From the NCBI RefSeq assembly GCF_006345805.1, contig NC_043014.1:48236001-48300000 (forward strand): a stretch of 64,000 nucleotides of DNA. The letters run 5' to 3'. Under the pieces are notes generated by a model. It had not been told where the DNA came from, did not search any database, and saw only the letters and a program-made list of their open reading frames with translations. Both the position numbers and the translations under genes were made by a program. The stretch's first letter is position 1; every line of letters begins with the position of its first letter. Positions 63,059-64,000 of this stretch are shown here, one piece after another. This DNA is from Octopus sinensis (Eukaryota).

Positions 63059-63433
63059 CAAACGGCTTCGACATCTTGCTAGACAGACAAACGAAGTTCT
63101 TTATTGTTCGGAGTGCAGCAAAGAGAAAAAAAAAAACAGAAAAAAATCCTTTGATAGCAAGCAAGCAAAACGAATGTCTCTCTTAACGAGACCGCTATTC
63201 TTCACTGCTTTCGGTTTATTTATTTTTTTTTTTCCTCCTAAATTTTTTTTTTTTTGGTTTGTTTTTCAACTATCACATGTTATTTAACTGAAACTACTCG
63301 TAATAATATATTTTGCCGTATTACTATACAAAACTAATTAAAATACCTCCATAATTACGTCATCAACTAATTAATTAAAACCCCCCGCCCCCACCCCTCT
63401 AATCTCTAACACTGGGACATTCACAGCTTCTGG

Positions 63434-63439
63434 AATAAA
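63434..63439 (+). promoter_or_regulatory. Candidate polyadenylation signal of the TRAF gene
   Basis: AATAAA 375 nt after the stop codon, followed by a T-rich stretch. Position only; no transcript evidence. Confidence 0.3.
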
Positions 63440-64000
63440 ACCTTAACACTTTTTTCTTTGTTACTAATATTCCTTAATATATTTAATATTTATAATGTAT
63501 ATATGATTAATATAGTGTGTGCATCTATATATATAATAATATATATGTATTATATATATCTATATATATAATATTCCACTATCATATCTACTAATTCTAT
63601 ATTAACATAGCCACTGATTAAAGATTATCAAAATCAACTTAATCGAACCATTTGAACTCTATTGCAATGCTATTAATGTTTTTGTAATTCTCCTTTTGTG
63701 TAGCACACACTCGCGTGTGCACACACACACATAGATGCACACACACACACACACACACACCACATAAATACATTCTGCACACATCCGGTTTCCCATTTTC
63801 TGCTAAACCCTTTTCCATTCGTGCTGCTGCTGCTGTTGTTGTTAAGCAACAAGATGGGTAAAGGTGATTAGGTGATGGTCTAGGGCTTAGGGACAGAAGA
63901 CCCCCCAGACCTTGGAAAAGGGGAAAAAAATAATAACTTTGGTCGTCTTGTTGTAGTCGAGGGCTCTGCTTTGAAGCCCGACACCACTGGGAGGTGGCCC

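Overview
AT-rich, repeat-dense animal genomic DNA; the repeat families (tRNA-derived SINEs with microsatellite cores, RTE LINEs, Helitrons, TTAA MITEs) are most consistent with an Octopus genome (recognition from memory, not a database search). One protein-coding gene can be fully reconstructed by hand: a + strand TRAF2/3-like gene with 8 coding exons (40142-63058, about 538 aa; RING, five TRAF zinc fingers, coiled coil, MATH domain), all GT-AG and in frame. Its ATG exon has an upstream splice acceptor, so a non-coding first exon lies further 5', possibly in a CpG-retaining region at about 15.5-18.3 kb. The rest is introns or intergenic DNA filled with SINEs, LINE fragments, Helitrons, mariner/piggyBac/hAT relics, an ~8.5 kb inverted-repeat-bounded transposon relic and several minisatellites. 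The strongest unexpected signal is two diverged copies (3.7-3.9 kb and 11.1-11.5 kb) of a small non-coding element carrying a minimal type I hammerhead ribozyme, with compensatory base changes in stem I and a palindromic stem III; the complete copy has 68-bp terminal inverted repeats. A second, decayed hammerhead-like family has three copies. Other findings: two ~100-bp foldback hairpins, hierarchical minisatellites, motif-rich arrays next to weak splice sites, and a non-canonical receptor-binding groove in the TRAF MATH domain. Coordinates were counted by hand; repeat boundaries are approximate.
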